NCBI GenBank assembly: GCA_963774565.1
Contig: CAVZFP010000009.1
Span: 64,349 to 128,348, forward strand
DNA from: an uncultured Acidobacteriaceae bacterium
Lineage (GTDB): Bacteria > Acidobacteriota > Terriglobia > Terriglobales > Acidobacteriaceae
Reading direction: 5' to 3'
DNA: 64,000 nucleotides
Each line of letters begins with the position of its first letter. Positions within the stretch are counted from its first letter, which is position 1. The notes under the pieces are model-generated. The model saw only the letters and a list, made by a program, of their open reading frames with translations, did no database searches and was not told the DNA's origin. Shown here piece after piece: positions 10,511-22,744 of the stretch. A program made the translations under genes and the position numbers.

Positions 10511-11225
10511 ATGTCCACCGATTGCAACGCCCACTCGGGTATTAGCTCCGCGGAAGAAAAGAACACCTGAGTTTGCGGCTAAAGTTGCCGCCTCGGCCGC
10601 GATTCGTCGCAATCGCTTCGGCTTTTGTCGTTTAAGTACGTGTTCTCGCTACTACCTCAACTACAACCAGGCGGCGTTCAACGATCCCGATCTGGGGGCA
10701 GCCAACTATTGGGCGAATCGCGGATGGCTGCTGATGCACATGACCGGAGGCATGGTGGCCTTTGCTCACGGGGCCGTGGCAGTTCTGGAGCGGGTTCCGT
10801 CGCACGCTATGTTCGCTTGCACCGGTGGACCGGGCGGCTGATTTCTCGGCGGCGTCGCGGTCGGTTCGGTCTGGAGCCTACCGACATGGCAATCCACACC
10901 ATGCTTTCGATGGGGCTTCGGGTTCTCGTTGCTGGGCGCTGGATACAAGCCTGGGTCACGACGGCGGCGATGGCCTACGTTACGCCATTCTGAAGTACCG
11001 GCGCATCTCGATTCCACAAGGAATGCGATGGTCCGAGCTTACGTTGTCACCTTCGCATTTGTTACGTTCCGCGTACTGAACAACTACGGCGCCCACCTCA
11101 CGGCTCCAACCGGCCAACGATCCGGCGATAACAATTGGTTGGGCCTGTTCGGCGCGCTCCCGCTGCTGGTCGCCGAAGTCATCCTGCGAACTCCGACGAT
11201 TGCGTTCGCCCCTGGCGTCCAGCTA
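10511..11225 (+). CDS. Integral membrane protein (possibly DUF2306-like), broken by multiple apparent frameshifts
   Basis: Coding-looking pieces lie in three frames. They are MSTDCNAHSG..., NYWANRGWLLMHMTGGMVAFAHGPWQFWSGFRR, RYVRLHRWTGRL, and MVRAYVVTFAFVTFRVLNNYG...GALPLLVAEVILR. The boundaries and the family are tentative. Confidence 0.35.
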
Positions 11226-11309
11226 AATCCATCGGTTAAGGCAAGGGGCCCGGAAGACTTCCCGGTGCTCCCTGTGCCCTCTGTGGTCTATCTTTTGTTC
11301 GCATGCGGC

Positions 11310-13564
11310 TTAAGAGAAGCCGTTGCGAGTCAGCGGCAGCTCGCGCACTCGCTTGCCCGTGGCCGCGAAGACCGCGTTGCAAAGTGCGGGAACAAACGGC
11401 GGCACGCCGGGTTCTCCCACTCCGGCGGGCGGCGCCGTGCTTTCGACAATGTGTACATCGACCTGCCGCGGAGCGTCGTTCATTCGTCGCGACTTGGTAG
11501 TCGTAGAAGTTCGACTGGTCGACGGCACCGCCGGTCGCTGTGATCTCGCCGGTCCGCGCAATGCTGGTGCCGAACACGGCGGCGCCTTCGAATTGCTGCC
11601 GCACCATCTCAGGATTGGCCACGATTCCCGCATCGACTGCGGTATAAACGTGGGGAATGCGCACCGCACCCTGGTCGTCGACCTCCACCTCGACCACCGT
11701 CGCAACGTAGGTGTAGAAGCTGCGGTGCACGGCGATGCCCAGGCCGGTCCCTTTGCCGGATTTCGTTTTGCCCCAGTTCGCTTTCTCGGCCGCGAGTTCG
11801 GCCACGCGTCGCAGGCGCGCCGTGTCGTAGGGATATTTCTCGCCGACTCCCGGAGGCCCCTGCGGTCCAGCGTCGAGCACGTGGCCCGATCCGATGAGGG
11901 TGAGCAGGTAGTCGTAAGGATCGCGGTTGGCGGCGTGCGCGAGTTCGTTGGCGAACGACTGCACCGCGAACGCGTGATAGATGTTGGCCACCGACCGCAG
12001 CCAGCCGATGCGTACGTGGGCGGCGGCCTGCCCGTTTTCCGAGCGGAAGTTCGGGACTGTCGAAGGGCACGACGTTCCATCCCATCGACATTTCGCCTGC
12101 GCCACCGTACACCTCACCCTCCTTAAACGTAGATCCGATGGGAGGGAAGACCGAGCGTTGCAGCCACGCTTTCGGCCTGCCGTTCTCGTCGAGCGCGGCC
12201 TTCATGTACATGGCGGCGACGGAGTGGTAGTAGTCGAATTTGATGTCGTCCTCGCGGCTCCAGATGACCTTGACCGGCTTGCCCGTCTTCTTCGAGAGCA
12301 CGGCTGCTTCCACCGCATAGTCAGGCTTGGATTTGCGCCCGAACCCCCCGCCAAGGAAAGTTACGTGGCAGACTACGTTTTCTTTCTTCAAGCCGAGCGC
12401 CTTGGCGACTTCTTCCTGCACGCCTTGCGGATCCTGCGTGGGCGACCACACCCTCACCTTTTCGCCCTGAACATCGGCGACCGCGACCGGAGGCTCCATG
12501 GAGGCATGTGCCAGATGAGGCGCGAAGTATTCTGCCTCGACGATCCTGCCGCCTTTGGCGAATTCGGCGTCAGGATCGCCCACAGTGTGCACGACTTTCC
12601 CGGGCTGGCGCGCGGTTTGCTGCAATTCTTTTTTGTAATCGGCGGAGTTGTAGGAGGCGTTGCTGCCATTGTCCCAATCGATTTTGAGTTGCTTGCGGCC
12701 TTTGAATGCGGCGAACGTGTTATCGGCGATGACAGCAACGCCGCCTAGTGGCTGGAACCCATGCGGCGGCTTGAAGGGATCAATCGCGACGGTTTTCTTC
12801 ACGCCGATTACCTTCAGCGTGGCCGAGTCATCGAGGGATTTTACTTTTCCTCCGAGGACCGGCGGATGCGCAATGGCAGCGTAGAGCATGCCATCGACCC
12901 GCACGTCCATGCCAAACAGCGGCTTACCCGAACAAATTTCTGCCACGTCGAAACCCGGCGCCGGCTTGCCGATGTAACGCCATTCTTTTGGCGACTTGAG
13001 CGTCAACTCTTCTTTCTTCGGGACGGGCTGTTTTGCGGCAAGAGAAGCCAGTTCTCCATAGCCGAACTTGCGAGCGGAATTCTTGTCGGAGACAACGTGA
13101 ACCGGATCGGCCACGCACTGCGACTCGGGGATGCCCCACTGCTGTGCGGCAGCGCGGACCAGCATCAGACGCGCGGTGGCTCCGGCTTCGCGCAGCACAT
13201 CGAAAAATTCGCGGACCGAGTGCGATCCGTCAGTGTCCTGCGAACCATATTCGGCATCACCGTCGGCTTGCATCACGTGCACCCGGCTCCAGTCGGCGTC
13301 GAGTTCGTCGGCGAGAATGCGCGGCAGGCTGGTGCGCACGCCGTTTCCCATCTCCGACCGGTGGGCAACGATGTAGACCATGCCGTCGGTGTGAATGCCG
13401 ACGAAAACACTGGGATGGAACGCGGTCGCGTCGACGGAGCCGGGAGCGTCAGTGGCTGCGGCCCATAGAGGCTCAGGAAGAATCCGGGCGCAGAGGACGA
13501 AAGCTCCCGCCGAGAACATGCCCTGAAGAAAACCGCGGCGGCTGACATTCTCGATGGTGATCAT
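11310..13564 (-). CDS. Xanthine dehydrogenase-family molybdopterin-binding subunit (IorB / aldehyde oxidoreductase beta-like) with a Tat signal; two apparent frameshifts (~12080 and ~11500)
   Basis: ORF 11609-13564 starts [26 protein letters not shown], a twin-arginine motif. It continues into ORF 11236-12117 ([43 protein letters not shown]...) and ORF 11310-12080 (C-terminus ...[34 protein letters not shown]). Confidence 0.8.
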
Positions 13565-14016
13565 GCCGTCTCCTTCGCTGCTTCCTTAATCGCTGAGCGG
13601 ATGCGCTGGTAGGTGCCGCAGCGGCAGATGTTGCCTGCCATGACGGAGTCGATGTCGTCGTCGCTGGGCTTAGGCTTCGACGAGAGCAACGAAACGGCTT
13701 GCATGATTTGTCCCGGCTGGCAGTAACCACATTGCGGGACGTTCACTTCGGCCCAGGCTTTTTGCACGGCGTGCGGACCGCTGGCCGAAATCGCCTCGAT
13801 GGTGGTGATCTCGAGACCTTCGACGCTGCTCATCTGCTTGGTGCAGGAGCGGATGGCTTTGCCGTTTTGCAGCACGGTGCAGGCGCCGCATAGTGCCATG
13901 CCGCAGCCAAATTTTGTGCCGGTGAGTCCGAGGATGTCGCGCAGATACCACAACAGCGGCATTTCGGGATCGCCGTCGAATGTCTGGGCGTGCCCGTTCA
14001 CCTTGAAATGAACCAT
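13561..14016 (-). CDS. (2Fe-2S)-binding small subunit of the Mo-hydroxylase (IorA-like)
   Basis: Intact 151-aa ORF with the cysteine patterns [12 protein letters not shown] and CGYCQPG...CRCGTY. It overlaps the large-subunit start by 4 nt. Confidence 0.9.
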   Translation of the reverse strand: MVHFKVNGHAQTFDGDPEMPLLWYLRDILGLTGTKFGCGMALCGACTVLQNGKAIRSCTKQMSSVEGLEITTIEAISASGPHAVQKAWAEVNVPQCGYCQPGQIMQAVSLLSSKPKPSDDDIDSVMAGNICRCGTYQRIRSAIKEAAKETA

Positions 14017-14108
14017 GCTGCACTTCCTGGAAATGGATTGGCAGATTCCGGAACATTGTACTGCTAGTGCGCCAGGCTTTCACAGGCCGTCGCTTCCAGA
14101 ACACGCCT

Positions 14109-14499
14109 TCAGCAGTACTTGTCTGGAAAAAGGAATACGGAACGGGCAAGGTCCGATTGCAGTGTTGTTTCCTGATAGTAGCGCGACAGGATTCCGCCTT
14201 TCCAGATAAGCAGGTCCGGATTGCGGCGGGAGAATTCGTCCCAGTCGGCAACAGAAGAACGCGCCATGCGCTCGCGGATCAGGAAGAAGTAGGCGTGGGT
14301 GATGGTTTCGTGGTAGAGCCGGGACTTGCCGCGAGCGGCGGCGAAGCGCTTCAGGGCAGCTAGAGAATTTCTCCAGCGCTTGTAGCGGCGGATACTGGGA
14401 GAGATAGGCAAAGGCCAGACGCACGTGATCGGCGTGGTGGAAGGAATCTTCGGGCACCAGATCCGATTCGAACTGCTGGATGAGTTCTTCATTGCTCAT
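14109..14499 (-). CDS. Hypothetical protein, with one apparent frameshift
   Basis: MSNEELIQQFESDLVPEDSFHHADHVRLAFAYLSQYPPLQALEKFS (ORF 14080-14499) continues as ...LKRFAAARGKSRLYHETITHAYFFLIRERMA...WDEFSRRNPDLL (ORF 14109-14492). I recognise no family. Confidence 0.45.
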
Positions 14500-14586
14500 T
14501 CAGAAACTCCGAGGACAATGTGAAGACAGCCGCCCCCGGCTGTCCGCCGAGCGCGGCCCACCAGGTTTGACCACCCGCAAGCCCAC

Positions 14587-14921
14587 TCATTTGCCCCACG
14601 CAAGAGCGAACGCTGCAGCCGCATAGATGACCAGATTCCCGATGCCATACATGCCGTGGAGCAGGTGCAGGAGAATGGCCATGATGAACACGGCCAGCAA
14701 CAACCACGCCCCGCGAATGGCGGTTTGGGGAATGAGTAGAAGGATGGAGCCGAGAATCTCTCCGAATCCCAGAACCATGCCGGACGAATCCGGGCATATG
14801 GGTGCGGGCGAAATCATGCGCCGGCGCCGGGCATCACGAAAAGCACCGCTTCGATCAGGATCACGACGCCGAGCGCCCATTGCAGAACGGTCAGACCAAT
14901 TTTGGCGTTCACAAAGCTCAT
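14587..14921 (-). CDS. DoxX-like small membrane protein, with two apparent frameshifts
   Basis: Manual translation from the ATG at 14919-14921 gives MSFVNAKIGLTVLQWALGVVILIEAVLFVMPGAGA. The C-terminal piece MVLGFGEILGSILLLIPQTAIRGAWLLLAVFIMAILLHLL is in ORF 14587-14880. Confidence 0.5.
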
Positions 14922-14935
14922 GCAGCTTCCTCGTC

Positions 14936-15241
14936 TTATTTCGCTTTGATTTTCTCTGGCGCGCGTTGCCGCGGGGATTTTGCCTTGATTTCCTTCAGCC
15001 GATGGCTGGCGCTGGAGTCGAGATCGAGGTCGTAGAACTTCTTCAACTCGCGAATGCGTTCCAGCGAAGCTGCGCTAAATGGAGTCTTGCCGTCGAAGGC
15101 GTGCAGCACGATGCCTTCCAGCACGTCGCCCAGCGTCATGTCGTGGTATTCGGCAAATCCCTTCAGAACTTTCAGGATTCGTTTTTCGATGCGCACCCCG
15201 GTCTGCACGCGCTCGATGAGAAGCTTGGCATCGTCTGTCAT
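14936..15241 (-). CDS. Small hypothetical protein (~101 aa)
   Basis: Internal Met of ORF 14936-15466: MTDDAKLLIERVQTGVRIEKRILKVLKGFAEYHDMTLGDVLEGIVLHAFDGK..., with a Lys-rich tail. Codon usage looks coding. The function is unknown. Confidence 0.45.
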   Translation of the reverse strand: MTDDAKLLIERVQTGVRIEKRILKVLKGFAEYHDMTLGDVLEGIVLHAFDGKTPFSAASLERIRELKKFYDLDLDSSASHRLKEIKAKSPRQRAPEKIKAK

Positions 15242-15476
15242 GTGTACCAAGGTACCACGGTACCAACAAGATGGCAAGCCAATTGTTTCGTACGACCCGA
15301 GACCTATCAACTGATTTACCACCACCTGACGAAACCATAGCCCGACAAGGCGATCGCCGAGAGCACACTGGCGGCTTTTCGCAATCCGCATTGAACTCGG
15401 ATAGGTGTTGAAATATCCGCATATCAACCCATTGTTTATAATCTCCCTTCCATCGCAAGCAACCAAAAGGACACCA

Positions 15477-17027
<1,551 letters not shown>

Positions 17028-17142
17028 GTCTTTACTTTTATAGTATTAACTCATGAGTATATAGTTCTGTGCTGTGATTACTGTATGGACCCTTTTTATA
17101 ATTTTTCCTCTAATGTTAGCGAGGTTCGTGCTCTGAAATAGC

Positions 17143-17192
17143 AGCGCTACCGTAGTGTCCCCAGACATTGGGTCGGTAGCGCTTTGTTGTTG
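17143..17192. terminator. Hairpin terminator between the convergent lysS and porin genes
   Basis: A 10-bp perfect stem agcgctaccg (17143-17152) / cggtagcgct (17174-17183) is followed by ttgttgtt on the plus strand. It is preceded by a 100-bp AT-rich tract. Confidence 0.55.
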
Positions 17193-17224
17193 GTGTCGGC
17201 GCCGAAGGCTCCCCCGCAGCGCGA

Positions 17225-18544
17225 TCAGAAAGCCAGCTGGATGCGGTTCATCAGCACGTTCTCACTGTGCAGCGGAGCCACGGTCGCTGAAGCCATTCTG
17301 AACGCGGTGTGCTCGTAGTCCATCTCAAATTTGACATAGCGATTGAGATACCAGTTCATCCCAATGGCCCGCTCGTTCGCCGCCTGCGCCGCGGTTTTGG
17401 GATTCGCGAAAAGTGGAAAGGCGTCCCCGTCGATGCGAAGTTGACTGTAGCGCAAGGCAAGTTCCAGAGCTCCAAGGCGGCGAAGGCCCTGCGCGTGCTC
17501 CGTAGCATTGCGCGGGCGGACTCCAGCATAGGCGTTCTTCTCTCCCGTAAGCATCACCGAACCGGCAACCTGCCAGGCTTCGTTTCGCACCCTCCCAGTG
17601 AGGCTCTTGTTCAAAACATCCTGCGATGAAATGGCGTATTCGCCGAGCAGGCCGACGGGGCCTACATAGTAGTAGGCCTGCGGCGACAGCCGGTTATGCT
17701 GGCCATTCGCGGTCGCGCTGGAAGAGTACTTGAAGAAGGTGGTCTGTCCCACGGTCTTCAAGCCCGCGATGGTGCCGGTTTGATGTCCGGCGGAGCCGCC
17801 TACGCCGATGCCAAACTGATGCAATGCATTCACGCCAGTCGCGGCAAATGGGCGGACGAAGATGCGGGCGGCAGCTTCACCGCCGTGAGACCACTGGCTG
17901 AAGGGACCGTTCGATCCATCACTCGATCCGTTGAAGTAACCGCCGGCGTACGAGACGGAGTCGGAGAGAACGGAACCTGAGAGTTGCACCCCGATATACC
18001 GCAGCGGAACTAGGTCGGAGGCGAGGGAGCGCTCGGCAAAGGTGAGATCACGGTCCGATCGGAGAACTTCGAGGCCGATTGGTTCTTTGAATTTTCCCAC
18101 CCGCAGTTTCGCGAATTTGACTGACCTCAGTTCGAGAAACGCTTCCTGAATCTGGTACGTGCTCTGTCCGAAATCTGGCATGAATCGGAAATCAACGGCG
18201 TTGAATAACGTGCCTTCAAATAAGGGACGGATGCGGCGGAACAGGAACGTATCCAGCCCTTCTCCGTGTATGGTGTCGACGAACATTCGGTCGTCTGCCT
18301 GGGCGTAGCCATGCACCTGCAGATGGGTAGCGCCATCCGAGGTGGACAGCCACAGGCCGTCGCGGCGGAACCAGACCGGGGAATTGCTTTTTGCCGGGGG
18401 CGAGGAAATCGGTTCCACAGCGGCGGCGGAGCGTCCGTCTGGAAGGGCGGCCTGGACAGGTGCATCGGTTACGGTTTGTGAGTACGCGGCAGCTGTTAAT
18501 GTCAGAAACGTCAGGGCCAAAAATACGTTCTTGCGGGCTTTCAT
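17225..18544 (-). CDS. Phosphate-selective porin O/P family outer-membrane protein
   Basis: Intact 439-aa ORF. It has the signal peptide MKARKNVFLALTFLTLTAAAYSQ, an alternating beta-strand pattern, and a C-terminal ...NRIQLAF aromatic terminus. Overall it resembles OprO/OprP-type porins. Confidence 0.7.
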   Translation of the reverse strand: MKARKNVFLALTFLTLTAAAYSQTVTDAPVQAALPDGRSAAAVEPISSPPAKSNSPVWFRRDGLWLSTSDGATHLQVHGYAQADDRMFVDTIHGEGLDTFLFRRIRPLFEGTLFNAVDFRFMPDFGQSTYQIQEAFLELRSVKFAKLRVGKFKEPIGLEVLRSDRDLTFAERSLASDLVPLRYIGVQLSGSVLSDSVSYAGGYFNGSSDGSNGPFSQWSHGGEAAARIFVRPFAATGVNALHQFGIGVGGSAGHQTGTIAGLKTVGQTTFFKYSSSATANGQHNRLSPQAYYYVGPVGLLGEYAISSQDVLNKSLTGRVRNEAWQVAGSVMLTGEKNAYAGVRPRNATEHAQGLRRLGALELALRYSQLRIDGDAFPLFANPKTAAQAANERAIGMNWYLNRYVKFEMDYEHTAFRMASATVAPLHSENVLMNRIQLAF

Positions 18545-18683
18545 GGAATTACTGTCCTCTCCTCTGGTCGTGTGTTATTCAATCATTGCTATAAACTTGG
18601 TAGAGAATCTACCGAACATCTTTACTAATCTTGCTGGTTAACTGTTGCAGCCTTAGGAATTCAGGAGTCTGCTGGCCTCATCT

Positions 18684-19445
18684 CTAGGTTGCGGCTGTCA
18701 GCCCCCATTTGTTCTGCAGATGACGTTCCATCCCTTTGAATACGACGCCATCGACAACGTAACCGATCGCGATGATCAGGATCATCACAGCGATCACCGC
18801 GCTCATGTCATTCAAATCGCGGCCCATCATGAGAACCTGGCCGAGTCCCAGACTCAGGTAGAGCATCTCGGCGGTAATGAGGGAGCGCCAGGCAAAGGCC
18901 CAGCCCTGCTTAAGTCCGGAGACGATAAATGGCAGGCTGGCGGGCAACAGCACGTACCAGAACAGCTTGAATCCTTTGGCTCCGAGGTTGCGTCCAGCCT
19001 GGCCGAAGATTTTGGGCATCTGCTTTCGCCCGTCTTCCATGGCCAGCGTAACCGACAGCAGCGAGCCCATGATCACTACGAAGAGAATGGCATTCTGATT
19101 AAGCCCGAACCAGAGTAAGGCCAGAGGCCACCAGCAGATGCTGGGCAAACTCTGCAGACTGACCAGCAAACCGCCCATGGTTTGTTCGAGGAATTTGTTG
19201 CTGGCCACGCCCAGTCCGAGAATCATGCCGAGGGCCACGGAGATCGCGTAGCCGATTACAACACGCTGCATGCTTACCCGAATTGCGATCCAGTAAGTGT
19301 GATCCTGGAATCCGGCATAGAGCGCTTCGCCCACGCCCCAGGGCGTGGGAAAAAGATACGGTGGCCAGACCTTCAGTTCGGCCAGCAAAGTCCAAAGGCC
19401 GAAGAGTGCGGAATAGAAGATGATGTAGCGCGCAGCGCGTTTCAT
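18684..19445 (-). CDS. ABC transporter permease (NitT/TauT family: nitrate/sulfonate/bicarbonate type)
   Basis: Intact 253-aa ORF with six hydrophobic segments and an EAA-like loop. It lies in an operon with the ATPase and the NMT1/SsuA-like binding protein. Confidence 0.8.
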   Translation of the reverse strand: MKRAARYIIFYSALFGLWTLLAELKVWPPYLFPTPWGVGEALYAGFQDHTYWIAIRVSMQRVVIGYAISVALGMILGLGVASNKFLEQTMGGLLVSLQSLPSICWWPLALLWFGLNQNAILFVVIMGSLLSVTLAMEDGRKQMPKIFGQAGRNLGAKGFKLFWYVLLPASLPFIVSGLKQGWAFAWRSLITAEMLYLSLGLGQVLMMGRDLNDMSAVIAVMILIIAIGYVVDGVVFKGMERHLQNKWGLTAAT

Positions 19446-20392
19446 GCCTGGACTCCCGGTTCTATGCGAGGCTTCACGCCATCGTTGTATTCGGCTTCGA
19501 GCGACTGGTTGATCTCGTCCCGCAACTCGTTAAGGATTTCGCGGGCGGCGCGAGCTACGGTCGGGTCTTCGAGTTGGCGCGGGCGCGGCAACTCGACGGG
19601 GAACTCGCTCTTAACGCGGCCGGGACGGAAGGTCAGAAGCACGACGCGATTGCCGAGGCGAACCGCCTCACGCACATTGTGGGTGACGAAAATGATGGTC
19701 CGCCCGGTTTCGCTCCAGATGCGCTCCAGTTCATCGTGCAGCAGGTCGCGAGTCTGGGCGTCGAGGGCGGCGAAGGGTTCGTCCATCAGGAGGACGTCGG
19801 GTTCGGTGGCCAGCGCGCGGGCGATGGCAACGCGTTGGCGCATGCCGCCGGAAAGTTGATGGATGTAGCTTTTTTCAAATTTCGCCAGATGCACGAGGCG
19901 CAGATAGTAGCGAGTTCTTTCCTCGCGCTCGGCTCTGGGGATGCCTTTCATCTTCATCCCGAATTCGACATTCCGGCCGACGGTAAGCCAGGGAAACAGG
20001 GCATGCTCCTGGAAGATCATGATGCGGTCCGTGCCCGGACCTTGCACGGGCTTGCCGTCGATCAGGATCTGTCCGGAGGTTTGCGGATGCAGGCCGGCAA
20101 TCAAATGCAGCAATGTGGACTTCCCGCAACCGGACGGACCGACAATGCAAACGAACTCGCCGGCACGTACTTGAAGATTGATGTGGTCGAGAGCCAGCAA
20201 ACGCTCTCCGCTCTGGGTTCGATAACTGAGACAGATGTCGCTGAGGCCGACCTTGGAAATCTCGCGCGAAATAGAACGCACCGAGCGGACGAGCGAGACT
20301 GGCTCTTCGCTTCGCCTACCGAAGGGCGCAGGGAAGCGAGGGTCGAGAGGAATAGGAGACCGACTGGAGAAATTCTGTATGTTCGTACTCAT
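19442..20392 (-). CDS. ABC transporter ATP-binding protein (NitT/TauT family) with a ~45-aa N-terminal extension
   Basis: Walker A is GPSGCGKST, the signature is LSGGMRQR and Walker B is LLMDEPF. It overlaps both neighbouring genes by 4 nt. Confidence 0.9.
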   Translation of the reverse strand: MSTNIQNFSSRSPIPLDPRFPAPFGRRSEEPVSLVRSVRSISREISKVGLSDICLSYRTQSGERLLALDHINLQVRAGEFVCIVGPSGCGKSTLLHLIAGLHPQTSGQILIDGKPVQGPGTDRIMIFQEHALFPWLTVGRNVEFGMKMKGIPRAEREERTRYYLRLVHLAKFEKSYIHQLSGGMRQRVAIARALATEPDVLLMDEPFAALDAQTRDLLHDELERIWSETGRTIIFVTHNVREAVRLGNRVVLLTFRPGRVKSEFPVELPRPRQLEDPTVARAAREILNELRDEINQSLEAEYNDGVKPRIEPGVQA

Positions 20393-21408
20393 GGAATCGC
20401 CTTTCGTCCCTTTTCGGCGAGAACCTGGTTGAGAAGTGTGAGGTCGTAGAGGCCGGAGAGGTCAGGTTTCTGCCGGCCGAGAAATCCATCGTCGAAGGCT
20501 TGTTGGGCAGCGATGGTGAGCGCGCTGTGCAGAGGGTCGTACGTGACCTGCATTCGGGAGAACGCTTCGTCGAGGACGGCCGGTGGCAGCGCCTTGCTGG
20601 TTTCGCTTTGAATCTGCTGGTTCAAGAGCTTTTTTGCTTCGCGTTGGTGGCCGTTAATCCAGTCCGTCAATTCGACGTTGGCACGAATCCAGTTCTTGAC
20701 CAAGTCCGGATGTGCCCTCAGGAACTTGGTGTTCACGACAAGCAGTCCGATGACGAATTGTCCGTTTGGCCATAGACTGCGCTCGTCTACGAAGAGGTGG
20801 CCGTTGCCTTCATGGATCAGGCGTGTGGCCCAGGGTTCCGGAGCCCATGCCGCATCCAGATCTTTCTTGAGGAACAGAGTCAGTTGATCGGGATTCGCCA
20901 TGGGGACGATCTGTACGTCGCCGCCCTTGTCGTTGGTTTTCATGCCGTGATTATTGAGCCAGCTGCGCAGCGCGACGTCTTGCGTGTTGCCGAATTGCGG
21001 AGAGGCCACGCGCTTGCCGTGGAAATCATCCGGCTTGTTTATGCCGGAGTCGTTGCGCACAATGAGGGAAGCGCCGCCACTAGCAGCACCTGCCACAATG
21101 CGAAGGGCTTCGCCGCTGGAATGGACGTAGCCATTGATGGCCGGATTCGGGCCGACGTAAGTCATATCAATCGCGCCGGCAAACAAGGCCTCAATCGCCG
21201 AAGGCCCGGCATTGAAGCTGGTCCACTGCACTTTGACCTGTGGGCCCATGGCTTTCTCGAACCAGCCATTGGCTTTGCCCACCATAGCTTGCGGGTGAGT
21301 GATGTTGGGGAATGCGCCGACACGGAGGGTGTTGGCGCTGCCCTGGGCCCATCCGGAGATTGCCGTTGCGAGCCCCAGCAGGAATGCGGCCAGAAGGCGT
21401 CTATTCAC
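20389..21408 (-). CDS. ABC transporter periplasmic substrate-binding protein (NMT1/SsuA-like)
   Basis: Intact 339-aa ORF with the signal peptide MNRRLLAAFLLGLATAISGWAQG. The LRVGAFPNITHPQAMV... pattern is typical of aliphatic sulfonate/nitrate-type binding proteins. Confidence 0.8.
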   Translation of the reverse strand: MNRRLLAAFLLGLATAISGWAQGSANTLRVGAFPNITHPQAMVGKANGWFEKAMGPQVKVQWTSFNAGPSAIEALFAGAIDMTYVGPNPAINGYVHSSGEALRIVAGAASGGASLIVRNDSGINKPDDFHGKRVASPQFGNTQDVALRSWLNNHGMKTNDKGGDVQIVPMANPDQLTLFLKKDLDAAWAPEPWATRLIHEGNGHLFVDERSLWPNGQFVIGLLVVNTKFLRAHPDLVKNWIRANVELTDWINGHQREAKKLLNQQIQSETSKALPPAVLDEAFSRMQVTYDPLHSALTIAAQQAFDDGFLGRQKPDLSGLYDLTLLNQVLAEKGRKAIP

Positions 21409-21619
21409 CCCTGGGTCCTCCTGCCACGACCATTGATAAATGATTCCATAAACTCTATCAACATAATAGACTTTATTAACGTTAGGGACAATGCAAGTAA
21501 AGTTCCAATCGCCAGCAAAAAAAGGAAAATCAAAGTTAGTAAAATCAAAAGGTTAGCGGCGTGACCGGGAAATACCTCAGGTTTCCCTGTGCAGAAATTT
21601 GCAATTTAAAGGCGGTACC

Positions 21620-22396
21620 TCAGCCAGAAACTCGCAGAACCAGGAGGCTAACGTTGTCGGGACCTCCGCGCTCCAGAGCCATACCCACTAGCCTCAGGCA
21701 GGCTTCCGTCGGTGAGTTTGCTTGTGCCACGCGGGCGAGTTCCTGATCGCCCACCAGACCCCAGAGCCCGTCCGTACAAAGGACCAGGGTGTCTCCCTCT
21801 TGCAGGGGAACGGGACGATCCGGAAAGTGAGGCGCGACGTCTCGACCGCAGCCCAGAGCAGCGGTAAGAATGTGACGCTGTGGGTGGGACTCGGCATCTT
21901 CAGAGCGTACGACGCCACTCTCGACAAGCCTTCCGACATAGGAATGATCCCGCGTAAGCCTGGAAATGGATCCGGCGCGAATGTGATAGAGGCGACTGTC
22001 TCCAACGTGGGCGAAGTGGAGCTGCCGATCGGCGATGGCGACAGCAGTGCACGTGGTGCCCATTCCGTAGAACTGCGGATGCTCGGCGGCGTAGCGTTGA
22101 ATCGTCTCGTGAGCGGATTGGAAGGCGTGGAAGAGGGTATCTTGGGGAGTCGCGCGGAAGACGTGGTCGTAGATGTGACGCACGGTTTCGACGGCGAGGC
22201 GGCTGGCTTCTTGTCCGCCTTCGTATCCGCCCATGCCGTCGGCAACGATGGCGAGGCGGCCCTTGCGAAGGAATTCCTGCTCGGAGTCGGGCTCCCAATA
22301 GAGATAGGAATCTTCGTTATTGGTGCGCAGGCGGCCGACGTCGGTCAGACTGGCTGCTTCGATTCCGGGCCTTGAAGTTTTGCAATCGACTGCCAT
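21620..22396 (-). CDS. PP2C-family Ser/Thr protein phosphatase (alternative upstream start at 22483)
   Basis: TDVGRLRTNNEDS, VADGMGGYEGGQEAS and LVLCTDGLWG motifs in ORF 21620-22483. Confidence 0.85.
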   Translation of the reverse strand: MAVDCKTSRPGIEAASLTDVGRLRTNNEDSYLYWEPDSEQEFLRKGRLAIVADGMGGYEGGQEASRLAVETVRHIYDHVFRATPQDTLFHAFQSAHETIQRYAAEHPQFYGMGTTCTAVAIADRQLHFAHVGDSRLYHIRAGSISRLTRDHSYVGRLVESGVVRSEDAESHPQRHILTAALGCGRDVAPHFPDRPVPLQEGDTLVLCTDGLWGLVGDQELARVAQANSPTEACLRLVGMALERGGPDNVSLLVLRVSG

Positions 22397-22744
22397 AACC
22401 GAGGAGCGCGAGCTTTCTGAAACCCGGATGCGACGAATCTGGTGTGACAAAAACTGGTGTGATCGACAAACCGTTCCGGTCATTATAAGGGAAGCTCAGA
22501 TTTCGATCTTTCCCTGTGGGACCTTACCCTGGAGGATCTTCCCCGCCTTGCGACGAGGTTTGGGTAGGGTATCACTTGCACAGGCAAACACAACAACGAG
22601 TTCGCGCTGCTTCTGGATACAGGAAGAATTGCAAAGGTTCCGCATCGTTTCATGCCGTAGGGGAAAGCGTCGGAAGCGGAGGCGGGATGGTGGAATCGGT
22701 GATTTGGCAAGCCGCTCGTTGACGATTTACTATTTCGTCACTCC

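Noticed and set aside
10511-10570. The stand-alone 19-codon ORF MSTDCNAHSGISSAEEKNT, considered as a leader peptide.
   Set aside because: It is more likely the true N-terminus of the frameshifted membrane-protein gene that continues in other frames. It sits right behind a promoter-like element and an RBS.
21409-21619. A TPP (THI-box) riboswitch upstream of the NMT1/THI5-like binding protein gene.
   Set aside because: On the minus strand I found only a cctgaggta fragment within a small hairpin. The conserved CUGAGA...ACCUGAUCUGGAUAAUGCCAGCG core is absent.
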